DNA of 64,000 nucleotides from an uncultured Chitinophagaceae bacterium (GTDB lineage Bacteria > Bacteroidota > Bacteroidia > Chitinophagales > CAIOSU01): assembly GCA_964518215.1 (NCBI GenBank), contig CAZFFP010000006.1, positions 13,704 to 77,703 of the forward strand, written 5' to 3'. The notes under the pieces are model-generated. The model was not told the origin of the DNA, did not search any database, and saw only the letters and a list, made by a program, of their open reading frames with translations. Below are positions 20,485-28,676 of this stretch, one piece after another; position 1 is the first letter of the stretch, and every line of letters begins with the position of its first letter. The translations under genes were made by a program, and so were the position numbers.

Positions 20485-20720
20485 GAAGTGGCGGGGATAA
20501 ATCGCTGAGTAATAATTCTAGCTGACAACAAAGATAATACGGCAATTAAGTAGAAAAATAAAAATAGAAGCATTATTCCACTTCAATAGTTCTTATGATT
20601 TTGCCTTTGGCACAGTCATTGCAAATTATTTCACAACAGTTTTTCATTCTCTAATACTGTTCAGGGAATTTAATTCAATCGCGATTGAAAAATTATTTTT
20701 TAACTCCAAAATCAAACGTC

Positions 20721-21647
20721 ATGGAAGCAAATGAAAAAAGAACAGGAACAAAAAATTTGTTCATTGGCGCTATAATAGCGCTGCTGTTGGTTAACACTTA
20801 CACGTTTTTCTCATACCTGTCTGAAAAGACGAGCAAGGAAAACATCGGCTCCGAAATGGTGCTGTTGGAGCATGAATTCAATCATCTTTCTTGGGCATTT
20901 GAAAACACCAATTCCGAGCTTGAATTAATGAAAGCCGACCATTTGAAAACCAATGAGTTGCTCGAACAAAAGCAAGCGGAAGTAATGGCTCAAAAAAAAC
21001 AAATTGAGAGTTTGCTGGCTAAAAATAAACTTTCGCAGGGCGAACTTTCCAAAGCAAAATCGCTGCTTACCGGTTACGAAAAATCCATTAATGACCTGAA
21101 TGCACAACTTCAGTTGCTTGCTTTGGAAAATGGTAAGCTGCTCCACGAAAACCAAAATCTTTTCACTGCACTCAACAGCGAAAAACAGGTAAACACACAG
21201 CTTTCGGAGCAAAACAAACACTTAGCCGATAAGGTGGCAATTGGCTCGCTCCTGTCTTTGGATAAGTTAGATGTGGAAGCCGTGAAAACAAGTGTGTTTG
21301 GCAGGGAGGTTACCGCCAAGAAAGCAAAAGCTGCAGAAGGGCTGCGTATCAGTTTTGAAACCGGTGAAAATAAAATTTTAGACCCCGGAACACTGAGTTT
21401 GTATGTGCGCATTATTAATCCGAAAGGCGAAACCATTTCGGTGGCGGATGCCGGTTCTTCCTTAATCAATACTGCCAATGGCGCAGAGCCGGTAATGATT
21501 ACCCGTCAGGCCGATATTGACTGGACAAAAACCAATAAAAGAGTATTGATATATTGGACTCAGCACATCAATGATCCGGGAATATATAAAGTAGAAATTT
21601 ATCAGAACGGACACGTGATTGGAGAAAGAGAAGTAAAGCTGAGCTAA
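20721..21647 (+). CDS. Membrane-anchored coiled-coil protein, function unknown
   Basis: One N-terminal TM helix (LFIGAIIALLLVNTYTFF), about 150 aa of heptad-rich Q/E/K/L sequence, then a beta-rich C-terminal domain. ATG at 20721 is preferred over the TTG at 20685. Confidence 0.65.
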   Translation: MEANEKRTGTKNLFIGAIIALLLVNTYTFFSYLSEKTSKENIGSEMVLLEHEFNHLSWAFENTNSELELMKADHLKTNELLEQKQAEVMAQKKQIESLLAKNKLSQGELSKAKSLLTGYEKSINDLNAQLQLLALENGKLLHENQNLFTALNSEKQVNTQLSEQNKHLADKVAIGSLLSLDKLDVEAVKTSVFGREVTAKKAKAAEGLRISFETGENKILDPGTLSLYVRIINPKGETISVADAGSSLINTANGAEPVMITRQADIDWTKTNKRVLIYWTQHINDPGIYKVEIYQNGHVIGEREVKLS

Positions 21648-21680
21648 AAGAAATGGCTGGTTGGTTATGAGGAATGTGGT

Positions 21681-21709
21681 ACCCCGCTGAGAAAAAATCT
21701 CAGCGGGGT
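21681..21709 (+). terminator. Perfect 12-bp hairpin in a convergent intergenic region
   Basis: accccgctgaga (21681-21692) / tctcagcggggt (21698-21709), loop aaaaa. The flanking U-tract is weak. Confidence 0.55.
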
Positions 21710-21718
21710 AATTTGTAT

Positions 21719-21765
21719 AAAAAAGCGGCTGTATCTATATATGATAAGCCGCCTTATATTTTTTT
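21719..21765. terminator. Bidirectional rho-independent terminator
   Basis: Stem gcggct/agccgc plus inner tatc/gata. It is flanked by an A-run (21719-21724) and a T-run (21759-21765), so it can serve both the + strand coiled-coil gene and the - strand phosphoesterase gene. Confidence 0.65.
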
Positions 21766-21777
21766 AAGTGGTAAATA

Positions 21778-23466
21778 TTATTCTACTTTAATCACGCTTT
21801 CAAACGAATCGCGCACACCATCGGAAATACGGAGAATATATTTGCCTTGAGTAAGACCGAGTTTTGCGGCATCGAGAGCAATAGTGCATTTGCCGCTTTT
21901 TTGTCTGCCACGAAACACTTGATGCACCTGTTTGCCGTCCAGGCTGAATATTTGCACTTCTATTTCGGCTTCTTTCTGCAAATTAAACTGAATGGTCGTT
22001 TTGTCTTTGAACGGGTTCGGCATCACCTTCACGTTTTTCACTTTATTGAAGAATTCATAGCTGTTCGGAATGCCAGTAATAGATTGTTTTATAATGGTGA
22101 ACTGGTCTTTGATTTGACCTTCAGAAGTGAGATACTGACCACGTAAGGTATCTCCATGAACATCCATAATAAAAGTGCCAAACACATTGCTGCCGCCATC
22201 GTTGAAATACATCACCGGATGAGCAGTATTGGCAAAAGGAGGATTGGAGGTGCTGCTGCCTCCATTTCCGGAAATTACATACACCGTGCCTTTGTTAGGT
22301 TCGGGTCCATCTGTGTATTTAATATATGCTTCACCCAAAGCCTCATTACCGCTGGTGCCATCAACAAGATGCACCGCAGGATTAAAATCATTTGACCTTC
22401 CATAATGCCCATTGATAAGATATGAGCGCTCATATACATGACTGTGTCCGTTGAGCACTATATCAACACCATATTCTTCCAAAATCGGAATTACATTTTC
22501 TCTCATTCCCTTCATGTAAATTTCCCATAAGTCGTCAGAATCATGAGAGCCTTTTGAGAAAGGAGGTTGGTGCCAATAGGCAATAACAAATGGCTTGTTG
22601 TTGGCTGCCAAATCCTGACGAAGCCAAGCTAACATGGGGGAATTTTGAGCGCCAGCCGAAGTGTATGCTCCTATCCAGTCGTGTGCAGAATTCGGAGAAC
22701 CTAATTCTGAGTTGAGCGCTACAAAATGCACATTGCCATAATCGTAAGAATAATACAATTCTGTTCCTGATGGCACACCACCGGCTTCACCATTTTTGTG
22801 AACAGAAACTATTTGATAATAAGGACCTCCGTGGGTAAGGGGGTCGTTAAAACAAGGGATGCCGCAAACACTATTGTAGTCGTGATTTCCCGGAATAGGA
22901 TAAAAGTGCATATATGTGAACAAACTATTGAAACCATAAGTGCTTTCAAAAACTTTGTTTTGAAATTCCTGGTCGGTGCCATCATTGTAAGCATTATCGC
23001 CCAACCAAAGCCAAACATCGGTATGGGTGTTTCCGGTGAAGTTTACATAACTCTCACGCGATTCTTTCTGACCGTTGTTTCCCTTTCCGAAATCGCCAAT
23101 TGCCCAAATTCTGATAGGCTGCACCGTTCCGGGAACAGGCGCTGTATGAAAGTAATGGTCGGCTCCGGGACCACTCAAAGTTATCCCACTCGATTCAATT
23201 CGATAATAGTATTTAGTATAAGGCTGTAGCCCTGTTACTTCAACTTCATGATCAGGAATAAGAATGTTTTGCTCGGCAACCAGATTGAGATTGTTCATAT
23301 CGGTTCCGTAATACACTTTTGCATCGCTCGAAATGTCGGTACGCCATTTAATGTTAATGGAAGTGGATGTTTGCTTTTGTTGGTAAGGACCTCTCAGTAA
23401 TTGCTGAGCGAAAGAAGCTGAAACCAACAAACAATTAATAACTAAAACAGCAAGTAGATTTTTCAT
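21778..23466 (-). CDS. Purple-acid-phosphatase-like metallophosphoesterase, T9SS type A cargo
   Basis: 562 aa with a signal peptide. Motifs GDFG, GDNAY, GNHDY and GHSHVYER. C-terminal sorting domain VKVMPNPFKDKTTIQF...LRISDG. Confidence 0.88.
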   Translation of the reverse strand: MKNLLAVLVINCLLVSASFAQQLLRGPYQQKQTSTSINIKWRTDISSDAKVYYGTDMNNLNLVAEQNILIPDHEVEVTGLQPYTKYYYRIESSGITLSGPGADHYFHTAPVPGTVQPIRIWAIGDFGKGNNGQKESRESYVNFTGNTHTDVWLWLGDNAYNDGTDQEFQNKVFESTYGFNSLFTYMHFYPIPGNHDYNSVCGIPCFNDPLTHGGPYYQIVSVHKNGEAGGVPSGTELYYSYDYGNVHFVALNSELGSPNSAHDWIGAYTSAGAQNSPMLAWLRQDLAANNKPFVIAYWHQPPFSKGSHDSDDLWEIYMKGMRENVIPILEEYGVDIVLNGHSHVYERSYLINGHYGRSNDFNPAVHLVDGTSGNEALGEAYIKYTDGPEPNKGTVYVISGNGGSSTSNPPFANTAHPVMYFNDGGSNVFGTFIMDVHGDTLRGQYLTSEGQIKDQFTIIKQSITGIPNSYEFFNKVKNVKVMPNPFKDKTTIQFNLQKEAEIEVQIFSLDGKQVHQVFRGRQKSGKCTIALDAAKLGLTQGKYILRISDGVRDSFESVIKVE

Positions 23467-23619
23467 GATTATTGGAAATTTGGTTAACGATTGTGTAATA
23501 AGTAAGGCATTTGTTGAAAGAAATGTTTCCTAAAGATAAATATTTGTGCAAGAACACTTTAACCCAGATTATTCATTTGAATTTTTAAATGAATAAACGA
23601 TGTAAAAAAATCAATCCAT

Positions 23620-23653
23620 TTGAAAACAATAAAGGCAACTCTCGCGAGTTGCC
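23620..23653 (-). terminator. Rho-independent terminator of the 1222-aa adhesin gene
   Basis: ggcaactc (23634-23641) / gagttgcc (23646-23653) with loop tcgc. On the minus strand it is followed by tttattgttttc. Confidence 0.65.
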
Positions 23654-23686
23654 CTTCCTAAAAAAACAAATAAAAACTATTTTACT

Positions 23687-26600
23687 CTATTGCACCACTA
23701 CCCTTTTCGTTATCACCACATTTTCGCTTTGAATGCGCAACCAATACATACCTGCGGAAATATTTTCGAGCGAAACCGGCTCGATGTGCAATCCTTTTTC
23801 GGCAGCAATACGCTGTTGCCTGAGCAATTTGCCCGAAACATCAAACATGCTGAGTTGATAATTTCTGCTTTCTGAAAAATTCAACTCAACAAATAATCTG
23901 CCCGATGCCGGATTGGGATACACGTTCACTTTAAAATTATTTTCCGCAGCAAAAGAGCTGATGCCTACGGTGCAATCGACAAATAATGTTTGTTGTGCGC
24001 CCTGACAATTGGCGCTGTTGGTTTCGCGAACAGTAATATTGCCCCCGCTTCCGCTGAAGCTCACCACGATTTCTGAAGTGCCTTGCCCGGAAAGAATGCT
24101 CGCGCCCGAAGGAACTGTCCACTGATAAGTGGAACCCACCGTATTATCCACGCTGTAAGTTTCAATCACTCCCGAACACACGCTCAATACATCATTGCCG
24201 GCAATGGGCGAAGTGCTCACGCTTCCGCTCACATTGATGTAATCGAACTTAACATCTCCTGCTACCGAAAATCCTGAAAAATTATCAACGTAATCGAGTG
24301 CAACATCTTTTAATCCTGAAGTATTATAGGTAACAGTGTGAGGCCCGTTTCCGGTGGCAGTGGCAGGCGAGGCGCCAGCACCAAAATTCCATCTGATGGT
24401 AGTGCCGAAAAATACTGAACCATCGGTGTAGTTGTAAAAGGTTACCGTTCCGCCCTGACAAGTATTGGTGGGGTGCGCGCCAAATAATATATTGCCGCCT
24501 GCAGTGCAGAAAAACGAATTGTCAACCGTTACACTTTTGGTCGAAGCATTGCCGTTGCCACACCCGTTGCGCGGGGTAACTTTCAACTGCACATTCTGAT
24601 TCAGAAAATTCACCGTAACATTTCTGGTGCCTTGTCCGCTTCCAATCGAACCGCCATTGGCAGGAATCACTTCCCAAAAATAATCGGTAGCTCCGGTTAC
24701 CTGCGGAATAGAATAGTTCCAGCTTTCGCCCGCACAAAAATCATTAGAGCCACTGATGTTTCCGGCATTGCCCGGCAACGATATAACCTGAAGCGAGATA
24801 TTATTTGAAGTAGCCGCACAGCCATCATTCACCGTTACTCTATAAGTGCCGGCATCAGTTACGTTAATCGAAAAATTGTCAACCGTTGCGCTGCCAAGCG
24901 AAGTATTATTTCTGAACCACTCATAAGTGGCACCCGGAATTTCGGTAGCGGTAATGGTAGTGGTGCTACCCTGACAAATCTGATTCGATGTGGCGCTGAT
25001 GCTCACTTGTGGCAGAGGATTCACCGTAATGGTTAAATCATTGGAAACTCCGGTGCATTGTTCCGCACTCACCACTACCACACTGTAGTCGCCCGATTGA
25101 GAAACATTCAGCGTATTGCCCGAACCCGAAATAGCCTGTCCGTCTCTTAACCAGGAATAGGTGCCGCCCGAAATAGCGGTGGCGGTAATAGTAGCAGAAC
25201 TTCCCTGACAAATAGTGGTATTGTTGGCGCTGATATTGACTACGGGGTTGGAAGCATTGTTGAGCACAAGATTTGCCGAAGTATCGCTGCAACCGTTGGG
25301 CAACACAATCACCACGCTGTAGTTTCCATTGCTGTTTACATCATAAGTGTTGGCAGTAGTAGAAGCAATATCATTTCCGCTTTCGCGCCAAAAATAATCG
25401 GCACCGGAGGCATTGGTAGTGGTTAAAGTAATGGTAGTTACATCAGGGCAAAAAGCCGGAAGCGATGCGGATACAGTAGCGGTTACGCCCGGCAACTCTG
25501 TCAATGTTACAACTGTCGAAGCCGCTTTGCAACCATCGTTATTGGTTACTTCCACATAATAATCGCCCGCTGTTAAAGCGGTGTAACCTGTTGTGGTTTG
25601 GTTGCTGATAATATTGTTGTTTCGGAACCATTCGATGCTTTCGTTTGGCTGAACCACAGCCGTTAAATTCACCGTTTTTCCCGGACAGAAATCAGCAGCC
25701 GAAGCGCTGAGTGTTGGAGTTGACGGAGTAGTTCCAGCAGTAACCGATAGCACAGCCGACCATTCTTCGCAGCCATCAGCGGTGGAGGCATTCAGTTGAT
25801 AATCGCCTACGGCTGAAGCATTGTAACTGCTGCCTGTTGCCACGCTGTTGGTATTGAAAAACCATTCGTAGGTAACATTAGGAGTCAAATCGGCTTCGAG
25901 CGTAACGCTGCTGCCTGAGCAGATGACCGTTCCCTGTGGCGTTAAAATATTGGCTGATGGATTTTGAAAAACCGTGATGGTAGTAGTGGCGCTTCCCGAA
26001 CAAGTGTTTCCATCGGTATAAGAATAGGTAATTACATGATTGCCCACTCCTGCAGTTTGCGGATTGAATTGTCCGGCACTGACTCCGTTGCCCGAATAAG
26101 TGCCGCCCAAAGGAGTGCCTCCCGTAAGCGTAAACGAAGAGGCGTTGATACACAAAGGCGCTATGCTTTGCAATTGCACATTCGGTGCGGCATACACCAC
26201 AACATCATCGGTGGCGGTGTTGGTGCATCCTTTAGCATCGGTGTAGCTGTATGTAATAGTATTTGTTCCACTATTTGCATCGCCCGGAATAAATTGTGTT
26301 CCACTAACTCCCAAACCGGAATAAGTGCCGCCCGAAGGGCTTCCGCCTGAAAGCGCCACCGCAACATCATTACTGCATTTTTCAGAAAAAGGTAAACTTA
26401 AAGTAGTATTCGGAAGCGGATTTACCGTAACCGTAATCGTATCGGTTTGAATATTATTACACGCATCGCTGACAGAAACTACATATTGCGATGTTGTTGC
26501 TGGAGATAGCGTGGGACTACCGGAAGTAGGGTCGCTCACGCCTGTTGTTGGCACCCAAGAATAGCTGGTTCCTCCGGGAAGAAATACCTGAGTGCTTTCG

Positions 26601-27355
26601 CCAAAGCACAGTTCCACATCGTTTAATTTAATTTCATTTTCGGGAAAATCTAAAACGCATACTCGATGCTCGTTGTTAGCACCACCGGTAGCGGCAGTGA
26701 AACCCCAATACACATAAGGGTTATCGCTGAAAATTTCTTTTACCACATTGGCAGAATAAGTCAAGCGCAAACTTCCGGCAAAATAAACACGCAAGGTGCT
26801 GTCAGCCGCAGTCCACCAAATGCGCACTTCATGGTATTGACCGTTTTCAATATTTCCGCAATTGGGTAAAGCACACACCGGACTTACCAAACTATTGGCG
26901 CTCAAATGGTCCACGCTGCCGTTTTTCAGAATAGCCACATGGTCATCGGCAGGGTCGTGAGGGGTGTTTTGCCACGTATCGAATTCTACTAATAAAGAAG
27001 GCGTAACACCGCCAATGCCAATGCTGCCTCCAATAGAACCGGAACTGGTGCATTGGTTTTGAAAGGCGAACACGATGCCATCGGCACCACCATTATTAGT
27101 GCCGAAATACAAGTTGGCAGTTAAATCAAAATCTTTGGTGAGGTCGGCTTTTTTACGATACCAAATAGAACCCCAACGCGAATTGGAAGCGTTGGTGAGG
27201 CGATAGCACTCATTACCCAAACTGGCTTGTGTGCCATTTCCGTTGAGTTGAAAAAGTGTTTGTGCGCTTACCAAAACAGGCAATAACAACGAAATAGCTA
27301 TTGCCGCCAAACTGATAAGAATTGCCGGCAATGCAGGTGCGATTTGTTTTTTCAT
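23687..27355 (-). CDS. Large secreted adhesin: N-terminal L-type (legume-lectin/LamG-like) lectin domain, Ig-like repeats, PKD domain, T9SS type A C-terminal domain
   Basis: 1222 aa with a signal peptide. Lectin-like block WGSIWYRKK...GGADGIVFAFQN...FDTWQN...DHVAI. Many Cys-bracketed about 75-aa Ig-like modules. PKD block WNFGAGASP...GPHTVTYNTSG. CTD VNVYPNPASGRLFVEL... Confidence 0.85.
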   Translation of the reverse strand: MKKQIAPALPAILISLAAIAISLLLPVLVSAQTLFQLNGNGTQASLGNECYRLTNASNSRWGSIWYRKKADLTKDFDLTANLYFGTNNGGADGIVFAFQNQCTSSGSIGGSIGIGGVTPSLLVEFDTWQNTPHDPADDHVAILKNGSVDHLSANSLVSPVCALPNCGNIENGQYHEVRIWWTAADSTLRVYFAGSLRLTYSANVVKEIFSDNPYVYWGFTAATGGANNEHRVCVLDFPENEIKLNDVELCFGESTQVFLPGGTSYSWVPTTGVSDPTSGSPTLSPATTSQYVVSVSDACNNIQTDTITVTVNPLPNTTLSLPFSEKCSNDVAVALSGGSPSGGTYSGLGVSGTQFIPGDANSGTNTITYSYTDAKGCTNTATDDVVVYAAPNVQLQSIAPLCINASSFTLTGGTPLGGTYSGNGVSAGQFNPQTAGVGNHVITYSYTDGNTCSGSATTTITVFQNPSANILTPQGTVICSGSSVTLEADLTPNVTYEWFFNTNSVATGSSYNASAVGDYQLNASTADGCEEWSAVLSVTAGTTPSTPTLSASAADFCPGKTVNLTAVVQPNESIEWFRNNNIISNQTTTGYTALTAGDYYVEVTNNDGCKAASTVVTLTELPGVTATVSASLPAFCPDVTTITLTTTNASGADYFWRESGNDIASTTANTYDVNSNGNYSVVIVLPNGCSDTSANLVLNNASNPVVNISANNTTICQGSSATITATAISGGTYSWLRDGQAISGSGNTLNVSQSGDYSVVVVSAEQCTGVSNDLTITVNPLPQVSISATSNQICQGSTTTITATEIPGATYEWFRNNTSLGSATVDNFSINVTDAGTYRVTVNDGCAATSNNISLQVISLPGNAGNISGSNDFCAGESWNYSIPQVTGATDYFWEVIPANGGSIGSGQGTRNVTVNFLNQNVQLKVTPRNGCGNGNASTKSVTVDNSFFCTAGGNILFGAHPTNTCQGGTVTFYNYTDGSVFFGTTIRWNFGAGASPATATGNGPHTVTYNTSGLKDVALDYVDNFSGFSVAGDVKFDYINVSGSVSTSPIAGNDVLSVCSGVIETYSVDNTVGSTYQWTVPSGASILSGQGTSEIVVSFSGSGGNITVRETNSANCQGAQQTLFVDCTVGISSFAAENNFKVNVYPNPASGRLFVELNFSESRNYQLSMFDVSGKLLRQQRIAAEKGLHIEPVSLENISAGMYWLRIQSENVVITKRVVVQ

Positions 27356-27521
27356 GACAATGGTTTTTTGTTTGTTGCAAAAAAACGCATTGCCGGTATT
27401 TGTGGCGTTTACTTATGTTGCAGAGATGTGTAATTATGTTACGGGGACTTGAATTTCAGGAGCAGACAAATAGAAAAATTGAAAGTCGGTTTTTTTTAGA
27501 TGCAGATTCATGGAGCATGAT

Positions 27522-27707
27522 TTATTTCTTTCCCTCGCCTCCGGGCTTTGCTTTTTTGACTTTAAGCCTTCCGCTTTTTTTTAATTCCTGATACAGCAAA
27601 TATTCAATTTGCCCATTGGTGCTTCTGAATTCATCAGCCGCCCATTTTTCGAGCGCATGAAGCACCTCTTCGTCTATACGCAAAGCAAATGGTTTTTTAT
27701 TCGCCAT
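27522..27707 (-). CDS. Arc-family ribbon-helix-helix DNA-binding protein
   Basis: 61 aa. KPFALRIDEEVLHALEKWAADEFRSTNGQIEYLLYQELKKSGR is colinear with phage P22 Arc (FNLRWPREVLDLVRKVAEENGRSVNSEIYQRVMESFKKEGR). Its ATG lies 3 nt after the SPFH stop. Confidence 0.85.
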   Translation of the reverse strand: MANKKPFALRIDEEVLHALEKWAADEFRSTNGQIEYLLYQELKKSGRLKVKKAKPGGEGKK

Positions 27708-27710
27708 GAT

Positions 27711-28562
27711 TTACTGATGCAAGGTGCCGGTATTAATTACCGGTGATGCAGATTTATCTGAACAAAGCACTACCATGAGATTACTCACCATGACAGCTTT
27801 TCTTTCGTCATCGAGTTCGAGAATATTTTTGGAAGATAATTGCTGCAAGGCAGACTCTACCATGCCTACTGCGCCCTCAACAATTTTTTGGCGCGCGGCC
27901 ACAATGGCAATGGCTTGCTGGCGCTGCAACATGGCTCCGGCAATTTCAGAAGCATAAGCCAAATTGCTGATGCGCGCTTCCAGCACTTTGATGCCGGCAA
28001 TTTCCAAACGTTCAGCAAGTTCTTTTTCCAACTGATGATTCACCTCTTCGCCACCCGAGCGCAATGAAATTTCTTCATCATGGTCCATATTATCATAAGG
28101 ATACATGCCCGCTAATTTTCTGATGGCTGCTTCGCTTTGAATTTTTACAAAGTACTCGTATTCGTCCACTTCAAAGCAGGCTTTAAAAGTATTCTCCACT
28201 TTCCACACCAATACTCCGCCTATCATGATGGGGTTGCCAAGTTTGTCGTTTACTTTTATCGGGTTGCTGTCGAAGTTGCGGGCGCGTAGCGATACTTTGC
28301 GCTTAACCATGAGCGGATTCACCCAAAAAAATCCGTTGATTTTGATGCTTCCTTTGTAAGCGCCAAAGAAAACCATAACACTCGATTCGTTCGGGTTTAC
28401 AATGACAAAACCAAACATCAGGAAAATTGAAACAATTATCAATGCAACACCTGCCATACTTTTAATGAGCGCTATCATCAAAATGCCTGCCGCAAGCAAT
28501 GCGAGTGTAATCAGCAACATCAGCAGTCCCGATGAGCCTTGAATTTCTTTTTCTGTTTTCAT
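27711..28562 (-). CDS. SPFH/band-7 (stomatin/flotillin-like) membrane protein
   Basis: 283 aa. Two N-terminal TM helices, then an SPFH core (LRARNFDSNPIKVNDKLGNPIMIGGVLVWKV) and an alanine/glutamine-rich coiled-coil tail. Confidence 0.88.
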   Translation of the reverse strand: MKTEKEIQGSSGLLMLLITLALLAAGILMIALIKSMAGVALIIVSIFLMFGFVIVNPNESSVMVFFGAYKGSIKINGFFWVNPLMVKRKVSLRARNFDSNPIKVNDKLGNPIMIGGVLVWKVENTFKACFEVDEYEYFVKIQSEAAIRKLAGMYPYDNMDHDEEISLRSGGEEVNHQLEKELAERLEIAGIKVLEARISNLAYASEIAGAMLQRQQAIAIVAARQKIVEGAVGMVESALQQLSSKNILELDDERKAVMVSNLMVVLCSDKSASPVINTGTLHQ

Positions 28563-28578
28563 AATGAAAAGTTTGAAC

Positions 28579-28611
28579 GATATTGAAATGATATCACAAT
28601 GATATTACTAA
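28579..28611 (-). promoter_or_regulatory. Three phased 11-bp direct repeats upstream of the SPFH-Arc operon (candidate operator)
   Basis: The plus strand reads GATATTGAAAT / GATATCACAAT / GATATTACTAA, starting at 28579, 28590 and 28601. That is an exact 11-bp period with the core GATAT and flanking AAT conserved. The repeats end 17 nt from the SPFH ATG. Confidence 0.4.
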
Positions 28612-28676
28612 TTCCGAAGAAAACCAAAAAAGAAGCGTTAAGAAAATTTAAACTGAAAAGAAAAGGGTAACGAAAT

